A stretch of 63,401 bases of DNA, filler included, from Globobulimina sp. (lineage: Eukaryota), in assembly GCA_003354225.1 (NCBI GenBank). It is 49 parts of 49 records of this genome, joined end to end, with 100 filler letters (N's around TTAATTAATTAA, not from the genome) between each part and the next. Parts side by side here need not be neighbours in the genome. Positions count along the whole stretch, not along the records: positions 23,340 to 24,535 come from PIVH01021198.1; positions 24,636 to 25,831 come from PIVH01021199.1; positions 25,932 to 27,127 come from PIVH01021200.1; positions 27,228 to 28,423 come from PIVH01021201.1; positions 28,524 to 29,719 come from PIVH01021202.1; positions 29,820 to 31,015 come from PIVH01021203.1; positions 31,116 to 32,311 come from PIVH01021204.1; positions 32,412 to 33,607 come from PIVH01021205.1; 41 more parts are not named here. One strand, given 5' to 3'. This document shows, one piece after another, positions 23,875-36,591 of the stretch (its first letter is position 1; each line of letters starts with the position of its first letter). The position numbers were made by a program, and so were the translations under genes. The notes under the pieces are model-generated. The model did not search any database. It saw only the letters and a program-made list of their open reading frames with translations, and had not been told where the DNA came from.

Positions 23875-24535
23875 TTATTGAATCAAATGGGATAATTCAG
23901 AGTGATTGTGTTGATTTTGCAATTTATTATTTCTCTTTACATAAACAAACATCATTTTTATTATACACAAACAAATTATAAATATTGCACTAAATCTTAA
24001 ACCATTATTATTCTCATTATCATTTTGGTGACATCCATAATTATTAATGTCATCAAAATGAGTGTAACGATTATTGTCTCCTAAACATCCAATCTGACCA
24101 TAAATACATATTTGACGGGGATTAACATTCCAGTTTATTGTTAACGGATAATTACTATCATCAAACAAGCGTATTGAACATACTTCGGCTGCTTTATTTG
24201 GCAAATCATCATAACTCAAATCGATGTCACTATTCTCATTTGTGCCAAATCCCGCATTCAAATTATTTACAAATAATTCTCCATTCACATTAATATCAGA
24301 TTCGAACCAGACAGCAAAGCCATAAACTAATCCAGTTTTACTAAATAAATTCTCGACATGCACATTTTCTATATCTACACTGCTAAAATCAACAGTGATG
24401 CCCATCACCATATTCATGCTAAATCCAACCTGATATGGCAACTGTTGCGCAAAATGGTACAATCCATGCTGCGGTTCGCTTATTTCGCCACATAAATCGG
24501 AACCAAACGGCGTCTCATCTCGCAACTTGTCAATG
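23875..24535 (-). CDS. Secreted or membrane protein C-terminus with TM helix
   Basis: Open frame ending in a hydrophobic helix and short tail. Confidence 0.55.
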
Positions 24536-24695
24536 NNNNNNNNNNNNNNNNNNNNNNNNNNNNNNNNNNNNNNNNNNNNTTAATTAATTAANNNNNNNNN
24601 NNNNNNNNNNNNNNNNNNNNNNNNNNNNNNNNNNNAAATGTGGGTCACCCATCGCCAAGGGGATTCGGCAAACGCTTGTATGGGATATGCTCTTA

Positions 24696-25061
24696 TCATC
24701 TTTCAGTATTTCTAGCCCTCTGTTTTCTCGCTTCTGAGTTGACCATAATTAATAATCCAACCATCCCTATAATTACAACCGTGGTCCAGCCCCCTGAAAT
24801 CATAAAAAAGTAGGCAACCAGCCATGTTCCACCCACCTCACTCACACACTCTTTCATGTCGACGCTGCGGAAAATAAAATAAACCATAATCGTTGTGATA
24901 CAGATAAACAATTCATTCGCTACAAAATAAGCCCACAGCAATACCTTCATCCATTCCCACGGCAATACCCTTTTCCATTCAGGCATATCACCATTTGATT
25001 GCATAATAATGCTCTCGAATTTAGCTTCCATGACTTTTGTGAACGTCAACATGCAGACCAA
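24696..25061 (-). CDS. Multi-pass membrane protein C-terminal fragment
   Basis: Hydrophobic helices; frame interrupted near 25065. Confidence 0.45.
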   Translation of the reverse strand: MVCMLTFTKVMEAKFESIIMQSNGDMPEWKRVLPWEWMKVLLWAYFVANELFICITTIMVYFIFRSVDMKECVSEVGGTWLVAYFFMISGGWTTVVIIGMVGLLIMVNSEARKQRARNTER

Positions 25062-25931
25062 TGTTTCAGTTAACCGCCAGGAGGGGCGCTATGGCGGTCA
25101 GAAAAAAATACCGGGCGGTCAGAAAAAATTACAGAACGCCCCAGGCGGTCTGCAAAAAAAAATTAGAGACTGGCTATCAATGAAAAAAAATATTTTTGTA
25201 TAAAATCAATGAAAACCGACCGTAAATACCGAGTATTAAAATTATTAAAATTACAAATCAAATTATTTTACATCAATCTTCTTCTTTTCCTGTTTTCTCC
25301 ATTTTTATCATTTTCTATAGCTTTGATTTTACATTTTACACATGTAAAATTTTCAAGTTTCTTTTATAATTAAATATTGTATCTAAACATATTGTGCAAC
25401 AACCACCAGCTAACTGTGCTATAATCGCATACATGCAGCATACACTTCTTCAAACGGCTTTTTGTCACATATCGCTAAGATTGAAAACGTTATTTGGAGT
25501 ATAATGCGCAAGATTCCATATGGATGATGTAATTCTCTTTCTGTGCCAGTCTTATTAGTTATTATATCAACTGCGATTTGAAAACTATATTTATAAAACA
25601 CAAAAACATTCAAAACCTATACAACACAGACAAATTTAAAGATATTATACGTTTATGTAATTATATTTATACATTCACACAACATAATGATAATATTAAC
25701 ACTCTTTAATCAATATACCGTACGGACGAACATCTTTAGCATGCCGTATATGCCAAATATCCTTACAATCTTTGACCACAGAATCTGGTTTGACAGCCAC
25801 CATTAACATAAATTTAAAATTCTTTGAGCCANNNNNNNNNNNNNNNNNNNNNNNNNNNNNNNNNNNNNNNNNNNNTTAATTAATTAANNNNNNNNNNNNN
25901 NNNNNNNNNNNNNNNNNNNNNNNNNNNNNNN

Positions 25932-26146
25932 TCAATAATTTCAGTGTAATTTGCATATATTTTTTCCTTTTTATATGAGTATAATTTATAATCCGTTGTT
26001 AACACAATCCATCGTTTTCTAAATGTTTTTAGATGAACTGATTCTTTCTCCAAATAACCTTCTTTAATTATATTATTATTGTTATTATTACTGTTATTGG
26101 TTTGGATTAAATTTAGTTCATTCGACTTCTTTGAGAAAGCAAACAT
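25932..26146 (-). CDS. PH-domain protein N-terminus
   Basis: IIKEGYLEKES..FRKRWIVL..LYSYK. Confidence 0.8.
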
Positions 26147-26194
26147 TTAAGTTTTGTAAATTAACAGTTAGTAAAAGTTTTAGTATAGTGCAGA

Positions 26195-26932
26195 ATGGCA
26201 TTTCCATCATTAAAAAACAAAACAAATGCACCAAATGACGAGTGTTCAGCTCAATTAATTACAAAGCAATCCGTTACCAACAACGTTAATCCATATTACG
26301 AAACATTTGGCATTAATAACGACACAAATACGACCACAAAAACTATCTCCCAAACACAGAAAAAAAAAATATTAAAACTTCGTGCCAAGCGACGCTCAGA
26401 ATTATCACCCATAATATCAGTATCTGAGGAAAATATGGTATCCCCTCTCAGCTATAAATATGTTGATATTCATCCATTGGGCTCTTCAACACCGGTTACG
26501 CCCAACGAACAAAACAAACTAAACACAAAAAACAACCACAACCACAATACTTACATATCCTCGCCACCTCCACACAGAAGTCACAGATCCAAAATTGCAT
26601 TAACTCCATCCAGCTCTGCGCCACATTGGAACAGCAAATGTAATGAGCACAACATTGACCAATGGACACAGCAAGAAATGGACGAAAGTCTGCAGCATTC
26701 CTTCGATATATACCCAAGCAATGACGAAAAAACGGAGCAAAAGCAGCCAAATCTCCATTTGAAAATAAATACTGCGATGAACGCACATAGCCCGCACATA
26801 TCGGCCATTACACCAACGCCCAAAACCTCGCCATTAACTAAGCTGCAGCCAAAAGACAAAGATTCTCCATCAGTGAGACCCAAAACTGCCTCGTCTGTGC
26901 AGTCACCTTCGTTTTTCGCTGCACAGTTATAG
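26195..26932 (+). CDS. Ser/Pro/Thr-rich disordered protein
   Basis: 245-aa ATG ORF. Confidence 0.5.
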   Translation: MAFPSLKNKTNAPNDECSAQLITKQSVTNNVNPYYETFGINNDTNTTTKTISQTQKKKILKLRAKRRSELSPIISVSEENMVSPLSYKYVDIHPLGSSTPVTPNEQNKLNTKNNHNHNTYISSPPPHRSHRSKIALTPSSSAPHWNSKCNEHNIDQWTQQEMDESLQHSFDIYPSNDEKTEQKQPNLHLKINTAMNAHSPHISAITPTPKTSPLTKLQPKDKDSPSVRPKTASSVQSPSFFAAQL

Positions 26933-27467
26933 TGTTTCTTAATTTGTATACACATTTATCAAATTCTAAGCTTTGCAAAACCTCCAAAGGAACAGTGACC
27001 AACACGCAGCAAAGAGGACTAAAATGGCGACAGTAAATGTTGTTGCACGAGCTATAACAGTTGCGATTGCAGCCCCGGTTAGTCCAAGTTCATCACGAAG
27101 CACGTCGAGAAGCATCGCCGACGGTTCNNNNNNNNNNNNNNNNNNNNNNNNNNNNNNNNNNNNNNNNNNNNTTAATTAATTAANNNNNNNNNNNNNNNNN
27201 NNNNNNNNNNNNNNNNNNNNNNNNNNNTTGAATAATGGTTTTTATTTAAATATTCCATTTACCTACACTGCACTGGCTGCAGACACACAACTATTGACTT
27301 AATTTATCGTGGTGATCGATCAACTCCAAAAGGGAGAGGGCGGTGGTTATCCAATGGAATATATCTTTTAAATGAATTGAATTTGTAAAAGCTAATTAAA
27401 TTAATGTCAAGCAAGTGAATATGATTGGAAATTGAAAGGAAAATATGTCAAATATATGATCGAATGT

Positions 27468-28423
27468 TCAAAACAACTGCTTAATTCCATTTTTTTGTTT
27501 TTGAGTCAACGTTTCAGGAAATACCACTTCAAAATGAACATGTAACCGTCCATATTTCTGCGGATACGAACCAAGAACTGGCATTCCTTCATTTTCTATA
27601 GTTTTAATTGATAACGGTTTCGTTACTTCTGAATCATCGCTTGAATCCATACCATTTATGGGCAAATTATTAATGTTCACACTATGTCCATCTAAATGCG
27701 TAATATTTATATTATACCCAATCAATGACTGCAATAAATTTATCTTGACATAATAATGTAAATCGTCAATATCCTGCTCATCGCGCACAAAGTCGGTATT
27801 CCGTTTATCCGCATTCTTAAATGTTTTTATATTAAATATAATATGTCCGCCTTTGGAGTCTGATTTTTCGTCGCCTTCATTCTCCAAAACTATCTTATAT
27901 CCATCAGGCACACCTCTCTCTATTTGGACCCAATACGTATGAGAGCCTTCATGCACACCCATACCACCACAGACCCGGCACTCTTTCCGTACGGTTTTTC
28001 CTTGGCCGCCGCACTTTGGACACGTTTTCTGTATTTGTTGCACAAATCCAATGCCAATTTGTCGACGTTCCATTATGGTTCCTGTCCCACCACATTTCTG
28101 TGCAAGATATTAAATACAAATTACATTTAATATCCACTATCAATCTCATTAATTGTTGAATTTTAACGCAAACTGCATCATAGAAACACTTTTTACATTG
28201 TCTGAAACAGCAAAAAACGTAATAAAAATAAAGTGTTTCCATGTTAACATTCAACAATAATCTCAGCAGAGATTGATACTGTTTGCTGTACAGATTTTGC
28301 TGTTTATCACTGTAATTATGGAGGTATCTAACTTTGCATTCTTTTATATCGTCATCAGAGTCCGCGCCATGGCCAAAACAATGTGGACATAACACAGTTC
28401 TGTAAATAGATAAATCATAGATA
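27468..28423 (-). CDS. dnaJ: Class A DnaJ (zinc finger + C-terminal domain), partial; intron 28098-28332
   Basis: CPHCFGHG, CK|KCGGTG (spliced), CPKCGGQG, CRVCGGMG; EGMP..G.L.V.F.V.FP; GT..AG restores the frame. Confidence 0.92.
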
Positions 28424-28523
28424 NNNNNNNNNNNNNNNNNNNNNNNNNNNNNNNNNNNNNNNNNNNNTTAATTAATTAANNNNNNNNNNNNNNNNNNNNN
28501 NNNNNNNNNNNNNNNNNNNNNNN

Positions 28524-29108
28524 ACAACAATTGGCATGTTTTACTGCAGGAAATACAACAAATATAATGATGTTTGGTGTGTGACGTTTGTGAAGAAAAT
28601 GGTAAAGAATGAAAAGAATTGTCCCACATTGAATTTGTTGGGGTATAATCCATTTGGATCGCAGGCGGGAACTCCAATTAAAGCGGTGAGAATATTGCAA
28701 TATGAATATAGATTTGTTGGTGATTTGGTTGATGATGAATTTGGCGCTGCGGCGTTGAAGTTGGAAGGTGATGCTTTAAAATGGGAGAGTGGCAATTGGT
28801 GGATTCGAAGATATTTGCACTGTCAATATATGCCAACTGAAACGAGGGAGGATGTGTTGAATGAGTATGAATTGAAAAGAATGAAGGCGCGAACTGAGAA
28901 TAATGTTGATGGGAAAGAGGAGGAGGAGGACAAGGATGGGAGTGAAGAGGGGAATAAATATCGCTGTTTAAATGATGAAGAAGTGGATGAAAAGGAAAAG
29001 CAAAATAAAAATGGAAAGAAAATAAAGAAAGGAGAAACGGAGAGGATGCATACGGAGAGTTTATTGGATTCGACAATTAAACAAAGCAAACTGATCGCAA
29101 CTGATTAA
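28524..29108 (+). CDS. Lipase maturation factor (LMF) C-terminal fragment
   Basis: TLNLLGYNPF..VRILQYEYRF..GNWWIRR..YMP. Confidence 0.7.
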   Translation, partial: TTIGMFYCRKYNKYNDVWCVTFVKKMVKNEKNCPTLNLLGYNPFGSQAGTPIKAVRILQYEYRFVGDLVDDEFGAAALKLEGDALKWESGNWWIRRYLHCQYMPTETREDVLNEYELKRMKARTENNVDGKEEEEDKDGSEEGNKYRCLNDEEVDEKEKQNKNGKKIKKGETERMHTESLLDSTIKQSKLIATD

Positions 29109-30115
29109 TACACTTTATTTACCATCCTGTAATTAATTGTTTTATACTTTATTATGCGACAAAAATAGCTTATTTAGCCTGTCATTGTGGGTCAAGGCGG
29201 ACTTTCTTTTTATAACTGCGATATCATTGTTTTTATTGCTTGTTCTCAGTTTCTCCGATTGTAAATTCATTTTAATCAAATCAAGCGTTGCGAGCGAAGC
29301 GACATAACTCGAAAAATATTGACCCAGATCAATTGGAGCGACATAACTCCTAATGAGTTATGGGTAATATTCTTGGATTTGTTTCTTTGTTTCGGTAATA
29401 TTAACAGAAAAGTTTATTAATACTAGAGCAGTGAAAACACCGTTTCTTACAAAAATAACAGTCACACACACAGTCAAAAATTAATAAATCATTTCTAAAA
29501 CCAAAACAACCCCTTGTTTTTTTTTTTTTTTTCGATAAACAGCTCAAATTGTGTAAAACCGCTATAATCATTTTGATTGCGAGGATGTTGACTGCGTCGT
29601 TTCTTATTTTTATCACCAAAATGTTTCCAATAAAAAAAAGAAAAGCCAGTACTGAGCAACTTTCCTTTTACTAAAATAAAAAAATAAAAATATAAAAATG
29701 TAAAAATATTAAATTAAAANNNNNNNNNNNNNNNNNNNNNNNNNNNNNNNNNNNNNNNNNNNNTTAATTAATTAANNNNNNNNNNNNNNNNNNNNNNNNN
29801 NNNNNNNNNNNNNNNNNNNTGGTGATGAATTACAGGCTATTTTTAATATTTTTTATGAATGATACTTGAAATAATGCATTATTTTGCAGTATTTTAACGT
29901 TCTCTGCTGTAAACACATAAAAACATCAAACATTATGTATACAAAAACGTTCCCCGTATAATATTTAAACTTTTCCGATATTTAAAATTGTTGTGTCCTG
30001 CATCACCAGCCTGTTTCCGGTGATTTTATTGCAAAAAATCTACTGTTTTTTGTGATTTTCTATTATTTTCTTCATTTTTCTAAAAACTAAACAAAAACTT
30101 TAAGTCACTTACATA

Positions 30116-30844
30116 ATGCCCACAGGTCTCAATGTCACTCGTTTATCAGAATACGAGCACAACGCATATGACTCATTTATCGGCGGAGACAAATATATCA
30201 CGGAATGGAGTGTAAATTATTCATCAACAATGTTTAATTTTTATACGTGCATGGCACATAAAGACATATTTTTCGCATTGAAAGTCTGTCATTTGGCATT
30301 TCAAAACATCGTAACATTGCCTTGGCGTAAATTAAGAATAGTATTTAAAATGGAATCGACATTGAAAAAGATGAAGAAAGACATTGCAAAACAAATTCGA
30401 TCAACAACAGCGAAATTAAATCAATCGACATGGCCAACCTTAGCTAAATTTGAAGACGATTTAAAACAATTTTTATTATACGACATCAAATTAAATGATT
30501 TAGAATTTATGAACAACGACAAAATTGATCTGTCGTCGTTTGGCGATATAAATGATTGTATCGACACATTCAGGCAAGAAATATTGAATGCATTGAAAAA
30601 TAATGATTTGGATCAATTGTATTGTTGCGGCGAAACATATGATTCGTTGCAAAACTATATTGAGTGCTGATCGTTGCATCCGCTGTGCGAGAAATGGATC
30701 CATTTTAAATGTGCAAATTTGACATCCGCACAATATCAAAAGTTAAGAGTATCATCAAAGAAATTCTTTTGCCCAAAATGTACATTACGAGGAATTAAAA
30801 GACAATTAAATGAAGCTCAAATTGAAAAAGAAGAAGAAAGTTAA
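30116..30844 (+). pseudogene. Protein ending in a PHD finger, interrupted by in-frame TGA at 30668-30670
   Basis: LYCCGETYD..YIEC*SLHPLCEKWIHFKCANL..FFCPKC continues in frame to TAA at 30844. Confidence 0.75.
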
Positions 30845-31427
30845 GTCATTCATTACATTATACACAAATAATTAATCAAAATAAGGCAACGAACCAATTC
30901 GAACGACAATAATTACATTAATATCGGCTGAATTATGCGTGGATGGAATGGATACAATCCAATAATAATATCCATAACAACTATTATTAATGGCAGTAAA
31001 CGACAATATTATTGANNNNNNNNNNNNNNNNNNNNNNNNNNNNNNNNNNNNNNNNNNNNTTAATTAATTAANNNNNNNNNNNNNNNNNNNNNNNNNNNNN
31101 NNNNNNNNNNNNNNNCCTGAGGCAGCCCCAACAAATTATTTGGTATTTATTATGGTATTTATTGGATTATTTATTATGGTATTATTATATGTATATTATG
31201 GTATTTATTATGGGTATTATTATTATTTATTATGTGTATTTGGATGGAATCACGGAATGGATATTATAAATAATTAAACAAGAGCCTCTGCTATGACACG
31301 CAAGCTCAAAAAATACAATACAATTAATTATATGTAGCGTGAAAATGCAGTATATCAAACTGCATCTTTCTCACGTTACATTGTACCAATTATAATGGAT
31401 TATTGGATGAAATGAATTATTGGATTA

Positions 31428-32311
31428 TTGTGGTGATGGCCTAATGCATCACCACAACAACACGCAACAGAAAATTTGAAAAAAAAAGAAGGAAAAATGG
31501 TGGTCTGATATGACCAGAAACTGAATGAAAAAATTGGAAAAAATGGAAAAAATGAAAGGAAGGATTGGTGGTGAAAGCCACCACGGATTGCATAGAAAAA
31601 TTGAAAAAAGAAAAAAAGAATTTGGTGGTGATAAACCACCGCGTATTAAATAGGAAAATTGAAAAAAGAAATTGAAAAAAGAAAAAAAAAAGATAGGATT
31701 TGTGGCCTTGGATGGCCATCATAGCCATCACCGTAATTTAATTTATTGTTTTTGTTATCGATCTGACAGTTAACTGTCAGATATTTCTCCTTGCACACAC
31801 AAAATTTATTCATTTGCAAGAAAAAACAATTAAAACAAATAATTCTGATGATGAGCATGCACTAAGATATGGATGAATATGATGATGAGTTAGTGCATGA
31901 CTCTTTTTTTAATAATATTAATAGAAACGAAAATAAATGTTTTTTGGCGTGTGCAAGGATAGATATCGGACAGTTAACTGTCAGATCAACAAAAACAAAC
32001 ACTAAAAATAAATTATAATTATAGTAATGATGGACATAAACTAGCTCATCATCATATTCATTTTTTTCAATTTTTTCCAAATTTCTTCAGTCATTTTACG
32101 GTGGTAATCACCACCTATTTATTTCCTTTTTTCTTTTTATTTTTTTCACTTTTTCTATTTAGTGCGTGGTATAAACCACCACTTAATCCCCCTTCTCTTT
32201 TTCAATTTTTCCATTTTCTTTTTCCTTGTTTCAATGGTAGTGGCTATCACCACCAAATTCTCTTTTTTTCTATTCAAATTTCATCCGTTTGGTGGTGTGG
32301 GATCACCACAA
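31428..32311. repeat. Long imperfect inverted repeat (foldback-like) made of periodic small hairpins
   Basis: Arms mirrored about 31878; 22-bp palindrome in both arms; GGTGGT..ACCACC units about every 55-80 bp. Confidence 0.85.
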
Positions 32312-32600
32312 NNNNNNNNNNNNNNNNNNNNNNNNNNNNNNNNNNNNNNNNNNNNTTAATTAATTAANNNNNNNNNNNNNNNNNNNNNNNNNNNNNNNNN
32401 NNNNNNNNNNNTTTCCCAGATAATTGAATTAAATGTATACAACTTATCGACCAGGTGGGGGGGTTATCTTTTTGAATATATCGTTCAGTTAAATGCACTA
32501 ATTCTATTTAAAAATGAGAAATGACAAAATAACATGTGCAACTTATATAAATGCACACATCACGAATATAAGTATAAATGCACACAAATTATATATACTA

Positions 32601-33607
32601 TCAAAAAGAATCCTTAGCTACAATCTTTGCAAATTTATTTTTTTTCACCACACTTATTGAGCGAGCTCCACCATTATTAATTTCATCAATTAATTCCAAT
32701 ATATCATTTTTTCTATATTGGCATAATGCGTCCAATGTCAATTCATCATCATACTGTATAATTATGCCAAGAATGTAAAATAATCGTTTTTGACGTAATT
32801 TTCTCTCTGCGATCTCGATATTCTTCACCAATGAAATTGCTTTAATTTGCTGCACTCTTTTGATCACTTTCCGTTTATCCTTTTTATTTAATAATGCCAA
32901 TAAACATCCTAATGATGTATTCAATGCATGAAAATTTACATGACTTTCTGGGGAATTATTATTTTTGTCAGGATGATATTGTTTAGCCAATCGTCGATAT
33001 CTTTTCCTAATTTCTGATTCATTAAATTTCTCCTTATCTTCGATAACTTTAATATCTCTCCAACCAAACCACAGTAATGCATCTCGAATAAATTCTTCTC
33101 TTTTTTTCTGTTCATTATAAATAAAATCATCTGAAGAGTATTTTTCAAAAACATTACGTCCCTTTTTGGCACCCCATGCGCCTCCAATCAGACCACCAAT
33201 AATACCACCGATCAAAGCACCAATGGGGCCACCAAGTGAACCTATACTGGCTCCCAAAACTGTGCCACCCCAATTACCTAAACCCATACCAGCAGATGCA
33301 CTCAATCCGCGTTTTAGATTATAATGATATTCTTCTTCGGTTTCTATTTCACCAATCCAATATCGATACGAATGTAATGTAACCTCATATCCTGCCATCA
33401 CGACTAAGTGTATAAGTGGACGTATATATATACGTATATATATATATATATGTAGCTTATTTGTAATTTAATCATTTTAATGGACACAGAAGTACAAACC
33501 AGCCCCAATACCAGCACCAATTGCTGCTGGTCCCAATACCGTTGATCCAGTTTCTGGTGTGCCATAGCTCACCGCCGCCATTGTCGACCTGCTGTGGGAT
33601 GCCGGCC
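32601..33607 (-). CDS. Glycine-zipper + J-domain protein, 5' partial; intron 33404-33499
   Basis: GGTVLGASIGSLGGPIGALIGGIIGG; EIRKRYRRLAKQYHPDKN; GT..AG restores the frame. Confidence 0.8.
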
Positions 33608-33707
33608 NNNNNNNNNNNNNNNNNNNNNNNNNNNNNNNNNNNNNNNNNNNNTTAATTAATTAANNNNNNNNNNNNNNNNNNNNNNNNNNNNNNNNNNNNN
33701 NNNNNNN

Positions 33708-34903
33708 TGAACACCGGTATCAATTGCACCCAAATCATATCGTTCATTCCCATCTACAAAATGTGCCTTTGAGTGCGCAATGACATCGCCAACTTTTGCC
33801 CCAGATTTATTCCCCAAACTCGATGCAAAATGTATAGAAAATGGCACTGCGACAATACCAGCCAATGGATGAATAGCATACAGCAAAGATAGCGAACCTA
33901 AACCAGACACAGCACCGGCAAACTGCCCCCATTCCGCTGTTTTATCCACAATATGACGATATAAATCCACTTTATTCGAGATCTGATAATAAAAATACGA
34001 CAAATTTACGATTATTTGTGCTAAAATTCCTGTGTAAGATTCACAAAATAATGACTGATACAACAATGCATAATGCGAGTTTGGAAAATCTTTCGTTTGA
34101 TACCATAACCGATTAAAATGTTTAGTAAACCAATCCATCAACGTCTTGTTATCCCAATTAAAGCGTTCCGCGATGAGCTTCAATTCATTGACGGTCTTTT
34201 CTTTGCGTACATAATAAAAATATTTCTGTAACCGCAAGCCTTTAAATAGCAGACATTCTTCCACGTGTTTAATGCATGATAATTGGCCATATTTATTTAG
34301 CATTTTAATAACTAGTGCCATATCGGTATTATTTCTGACGATTGGTATCACATTTAAGCTGCATTCGCACCACTCATTGATCCAACTCTCTAATTTGGGC
34401 AATATGGACAATAATGAGGCACTTTCTTCGTCCAATTTATGTAACACCACACCATCTACAAAGGAAAATAAATTTAATTGGCGCAACCAATGAAAATCAT
34501 CATGTTTGGCGACATAATCACTGAATAAAATGGAATTTGGTTTATGTTTTTTATGATGTTTATTGCCGTATATTATGCTATGATTTAATACGTTATCCAT
34601 CAACACAGAACTATCGTTTATCTCTTCATCCACGGATATATTATTATTTTTAGCTAATACCTGATAGTTTATGTTGGGTATTTTGAGTCTATAGCGACTG
34701 TGTCTGTGTTTAGGTGGCGGTGTTTGTGGGGATGGCGAAGGTGATAAATCAGCAGAGGCCGAATCAATAAATGGTGGTACATTTGGGGCAGAGGACAAAC
34801 TAAATAAAGAAGGCGAACTATTCAGTTTCATTTTGTGCTCTGTGTCTGATGACAACCATGGCGATATATTATTGTTATTGTTATTATAATTATTGTGATT
34901 GCG
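33708..34903 (-). CDS. Hypothetical protein with Gly/Ala-rich hydrophobic hairpin
   Basis: About 390-codon open frame. Confidence 0.55.
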
Positions 34904-35723
34904 NNNNNNNNNNNNNNNNNNNNNNNNNNNNNNNNNNNNNNNNNNNNTTAATTAATTAANNNNNNNNNNNNNNNNNNNNNNNNNNNNNNNNNNNNNNNNN
35001 NNNGGATAACACGAACCATCCAAATTCGTCTCCCACCCATCGAAAGAACAACGCGCACCATGGAAATGAACAACGCGCACAAAGTTTTCTTGCAAGTGAA
35101 AAAAAAATATGTAATAATTTATGATATAAAACATAATTAAATATTAGCAGTATTCGTAAAAAAACAGTCATATGCGTGGCTGTTCACAAACAATTCTGAA
35201 TATATACAACACAAACAAACTACAGTAGTACTACAATTTGGTTCTGAATATATACAATCAAACAACTAATTTATTGAATTACAATGTAATGCATTGTCTG
35301 GTAATGTTGTAAAACGGGCTTGCCCAATGTGCCGTATTTAACTTTTTTAGATTTTTATGTGTTGTCAAGTTATGTGTTTTTGATGTCTTGATCATGCTCG
35401 AAACTGCCATTTTATCTGGATTTGATGTGCCGGAAATCTGGGATTATAGGTTTATGATTTGCTGCATTACATATCAGATATTGTATCATATGCCTATGGA
35501 TGTACTTAAATGGTGTAGCAAAAATTCAACATTGTGAATTTGCAAAACGCCATAAAAAACTCCGACTCAAACATAATCAATACCTAGGTTTGTTATATGA
35601 TCTGTAGCTGCGATATTATAATATAATATTCCGGAAAATCGCAATGTATCTTAATTGAGATTTTCTTTTAATTTTATTTGAAATTGCACGCACATCAAAC
35701 AAGCAAGAAAACGTACAATAAAA

Positions 35724-36199
35724 ATGATTAGATTCTTGATATCAACAATTAGTATAACTACAATACTCCAATTAGCAGCATCTGTGGGCGAGATCACATT
35801 GCAAATTCAAGGTCGTTATCTTTCCGCAAAAGCTACACAACATGGACCAAGTGACGCAAATTGTAATGGTAGAGATGGCACTGTAATCAATGCAAAATGG
35901 ATATTAATTCCTATCGGGAAGTTACCATTAGCTGAAAATGAATACGCCTGCAGATTACTGAATGTTGCAACAAATCATTATTTAAGATTTGATGAACACA
36001 AACCTCATCCTATGACAGATGAGATGATACATCCAATCGATGTTCGAGGTGGTGAGGGACTATGGACCGCATTGATTGCATACATTAATGTGGATAGTTC
36101 AACAAATAACATTAATGGTATTCGATTCAAATCTGGTTTCTGGAATGCAAATAAATTCGTTGGTGCTGTACAAGTTGGTGATGATGATTTAAATGTAAT
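35724..36199 (+). CDS. Secreted beta-trefoil (fascin/ricin-like) protein, 3' partial
   Basis: Signal peptide; GRYL..KW, NVATNHYLRF, RFKS..KFVG repeats. Confidence 0.55.
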
Positions 36200-36591
36200 N
36201 NNNNNNNNNNNNNNNNNNNNNNNNNNNNNNNNNNNNNNNNNNNTTAATTAATTAANNNNNNNNNNNNNNNNNNNNNNNNNNNNNNNNNNNNNNNNNNNNT
36301 GATTTTTAATTTGTTCATAATCTCACGTTCACCGTCTTTTTCTTTACGCGGTTGTTGTAGGTCTGGTGCCGTGCGAGATGATGGTGTTGGTGCCGCGCCT
36401 GATAAGCGAATTGGTGCATGCACACACATCATGGCTGCTGTTTCAGTCATTTATAAATTAAGCACAATGTAAATTCGATCACGTCTTGAGTGTTTTACGA
36501 ATGGATTGAAAACGAAAAGTGTTGGTGAATGCACGAAAAAAAGTTTGAAAATCCTAATTCTTTAGAAATCACTTTAACATTCTTCAAAACT

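Noticed and set aside
5690..30844. Alternative genetic code to explain the TAG in SF3B1 and the TGA in the PHD finger
   Set aside because: TAA, TAG and TGA all terminate conserved genes in the window, and long conserved frames lack internal stops
31428..32311. CRISPR array
   Set aside because: Units are not sequence-identical, spacers are low-complexity and the array is mirror-symmetric
35429..35636. MITE bounded by CCGGAA/TTCCGG
   Set aside because: Inverted similarity is only about 6 bp; compatible with chance
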